Below the pieces are notes generated by a model. That model made no database searches. It saw nothing but the letters and a program-made list of their open reading frames with translations, and had not been told where the DNA came from. Made by a program: the position numbers and the translations under genes. 64,000 nt of DNA from Octopus sinensis (lineage: Eukaryota), in assembly GCF_006345805.1 (NCBI RefSeq), contig NC_043018.1, positions 9,238,001 to 9,302,000 on the forward strand. Reading direction: 5' to 3'. Positions 61,872-64,000 of the stretch are shown here, piece by piece (the first letter of the stretch is position 1; every line of letters starts with the position of its first letter).

Positions 61872-62606
61872 CTGTTGAAAAATAAATAAATAAGTATAAA
61901 CATCAAAACAACAATAACTGCAACAACAACAACAAAAACAAACTTAATAATGTTGCTCTGGGATGCCAATCAAATATGACTTTAATTACCAACCGACCTT
62001 GGACTTATTCCGAAGAGAGAAATATTAAAAAAACGATAAAAGATAAGGAAAAACATTTGTTATTTAATCATTCTTCCACAATCTTTTCTACGTATTTTTA
62101 TTTCTTTATATGTATTTTTTTTTAATTATCTTTGTGTTGTTTTTCTTTAATCTTTTTCTTTCACCTTATTTTTTTTTTTTGTCCTTTTATGCTTTTCTGT
62201 TTCGCCTTATTTCTCTTTTGATCTTTTCTCCCTCTTTTTTCCTCTCTCCATTCATTCATCTGCTGCTACATTTCTGCTTTCTTCCCTTTTCTTTCCTCAC
62301 TTTCTCTTTCTCTCTCTCATATCGCACTTGCCAGCAAAAGCTTTATAGAAGTGGACGGACATTAAACTTTCAACAACAGCAGCAATAGTAGTAGTAGTAG
62401 TAGAGAAAAATAGCAGTAGTATCCAGAGTCTGATGAACTACTGCAACAGCAACACACTTTCCACTAGGATACACTGTTATCTCTCACCCAAGCTTGTTTA
62501 TATTAAGACAGCTACAAGTCTCTGTTCAGAATCAGCTAGCTGCTTGCAAGTACCTTGTTAGACCTGTTCCAACATCAGTGAAACTAAGATATGGGTAAAG
62601 GGGAAC

Positions 62607-62607
<1 letters not shown>

Positions 62608-62654
<47 letters not shown>

Positions 62655-62732
62655 TAAAAATAATTAATAATAATAATAAAAATAATTAATAATAATAATA
62701 AAAATAATTAATAATAATAATAAAAATAATAA

Positions 62733-62764
<32 letters not shown>

Positions 62765-63015
62765 ATAATAATAAAAATAATAATAAAAATAATAATAATA
62801 ATAAAATAATAATGATAATAAAAATAAAAATAAAAATAAAAATAATAATAAAAATAATAAAAATAATAATAAAAATAATAAAAATAAATAATAATATGAT
62901 AATAATAAAATAATAATAATAATAAAAATAATAATAAAAATAATAAATAATAATAATAAAAATAATAATAAAAATAATAATAATAATAATAAAAATTAAA
63001 AAAATAAAAATAATA
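62608..63015. repeat. (AAT)n/(AAAAAT)n microsatellite
   Basis: Seen directly in the sequence. Confidence 0.97.
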
Positions 63016-63466
63016 ATTTTTTATGTTAAATTTTTTAGTTGTATAACAAGTATAATATTTACATCTACAAGGAAGTAACTTGATCAAATTTATTGAAACT
63101 TCACGTAGATGTAAACATTAAAACATTTTATATATTGCCATGGCTGTGTGGTAAGAAGACTGCTTCCCAACTACGTGATTTTAGGTTCAGTCCCAATGCA
63201 TGGCACCGTGGGTAAATGTCTGCATAGTCCAGGACCTTGTGAGTGAATTTGGCAGGTAAAAAAAATGAAAGAAGCCCATCATATTGCAGGTATTGGCTGT
63301 GTGGTAAGAAGTTTGCTTCCAAACCACATGGTTCCAGGTTCAGTCCCACTGAGTGGCACCTTGACCAAATGTCTTCTACTACATATCCTTTGGACAACCA
63401 GAGCCTTGTGAGTGGATTTGGTAGAGGAAAACTGGAAGAAGCCCATCGTATGTATATATATATATA

Positions 63467-63824
63467 TCATCATCATCGTTTAATGTCCGTTTTCCGTGCT
63501 GGCATGGGCTGGACGGTTCGACCGGGGTCTTAGGAAGCCAGGGGCTGCACCAGGCTCCAGTCTGATCTGGCAGTGTTTTTACAGCTGGATGCCCTTCCTA
63601 ACGCCAACCACTCCGTGAGTGTAGTGGGTGCTTTTTACGTTCCACCTACACAGGTGCCAGGGGAGTCTGGCATCGGCCACGATCGGTTGGTGCTTTTAAC
63701 ATGCCACCGGCACGGAAGCCAGCCAAGGCGGCGCTGGCATCGGCCACGTTCGGATGGTGCTTTTTATGTGCCACTGGCATAGAAGCCAGTCAAGTGCTGG
63801 TGGCACATAAAAAGCACCATCCGA
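63467..63824 (-). mobile_element. RTE-X tail-derived repeat
   Basis: Reverse complement of the 28068-28395 family. Confidence 0.75.
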
Positions 63825-64000
63825 AATATAATGATAATAATAATAATAATAATAATAAAAATTAAAAAAATAAAAATAATAATTTTTTATGTTAAATTTT
63901 TTAGTTGTATAACAAGTATAATATTTACATCTACAAGGAAGTAACTTGATCAAATTTATTGAAACTTCACGTAGATGTAAACATTAAAACATTTTATATA

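Noticed and set aside
62686-63087. Y/F/I-rich 133-aa ORF
   Set aside because: It is the translation of the AAT microsatellite.

Overview
Eukaryotic, repeat-dense, AT-rich sequence, most likely from an octopus (cephalopod); this is inferred from the SINE and RTE-tail families, not proven. Positions ~40.6-61.9 kb hold the six 3' coding exons of a minus-strand gene for a membrane-anchored RING-CH (RINGv) E3-ligase-like protein. I reconstructed them by hand with GT-AG sites and consistent phases; the 5' exons lie beyond the window. The first ~38 kb is a nest of decayed retroelements. It includes two R2-A-type elements outside rDNA (one still carries 45 bp of its 28S target flank), a near-complete CR1 with a PHD-finger ORF1, RTE/RTE-X, Tx1/L1, Gypsy and Penelope fragments, solo LTRs and a Helitron; piggyBac-like and Merlin-like MITEs lie in the gene's introns. 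The most notable signals are: (1) a degenerate, locally amplified coding-like sequence underlying ~0.8-20.8 kb, whose conserved frame resembles a nairovirus-like bunyavirus L polymerase (candidate endogenous viral element, unverified); (2) several minimal type I hammerhead ribozymes in inverted Penelope-type terminal repeats; (3) the off-rDNA R2 with a transduced 28S flank; (4) a 73-bp minisatellite born from an RTE-X 3' end. There are no prokaryotic features or CRISPR arrays. TE boundaries are approximate unless a TSD is given.
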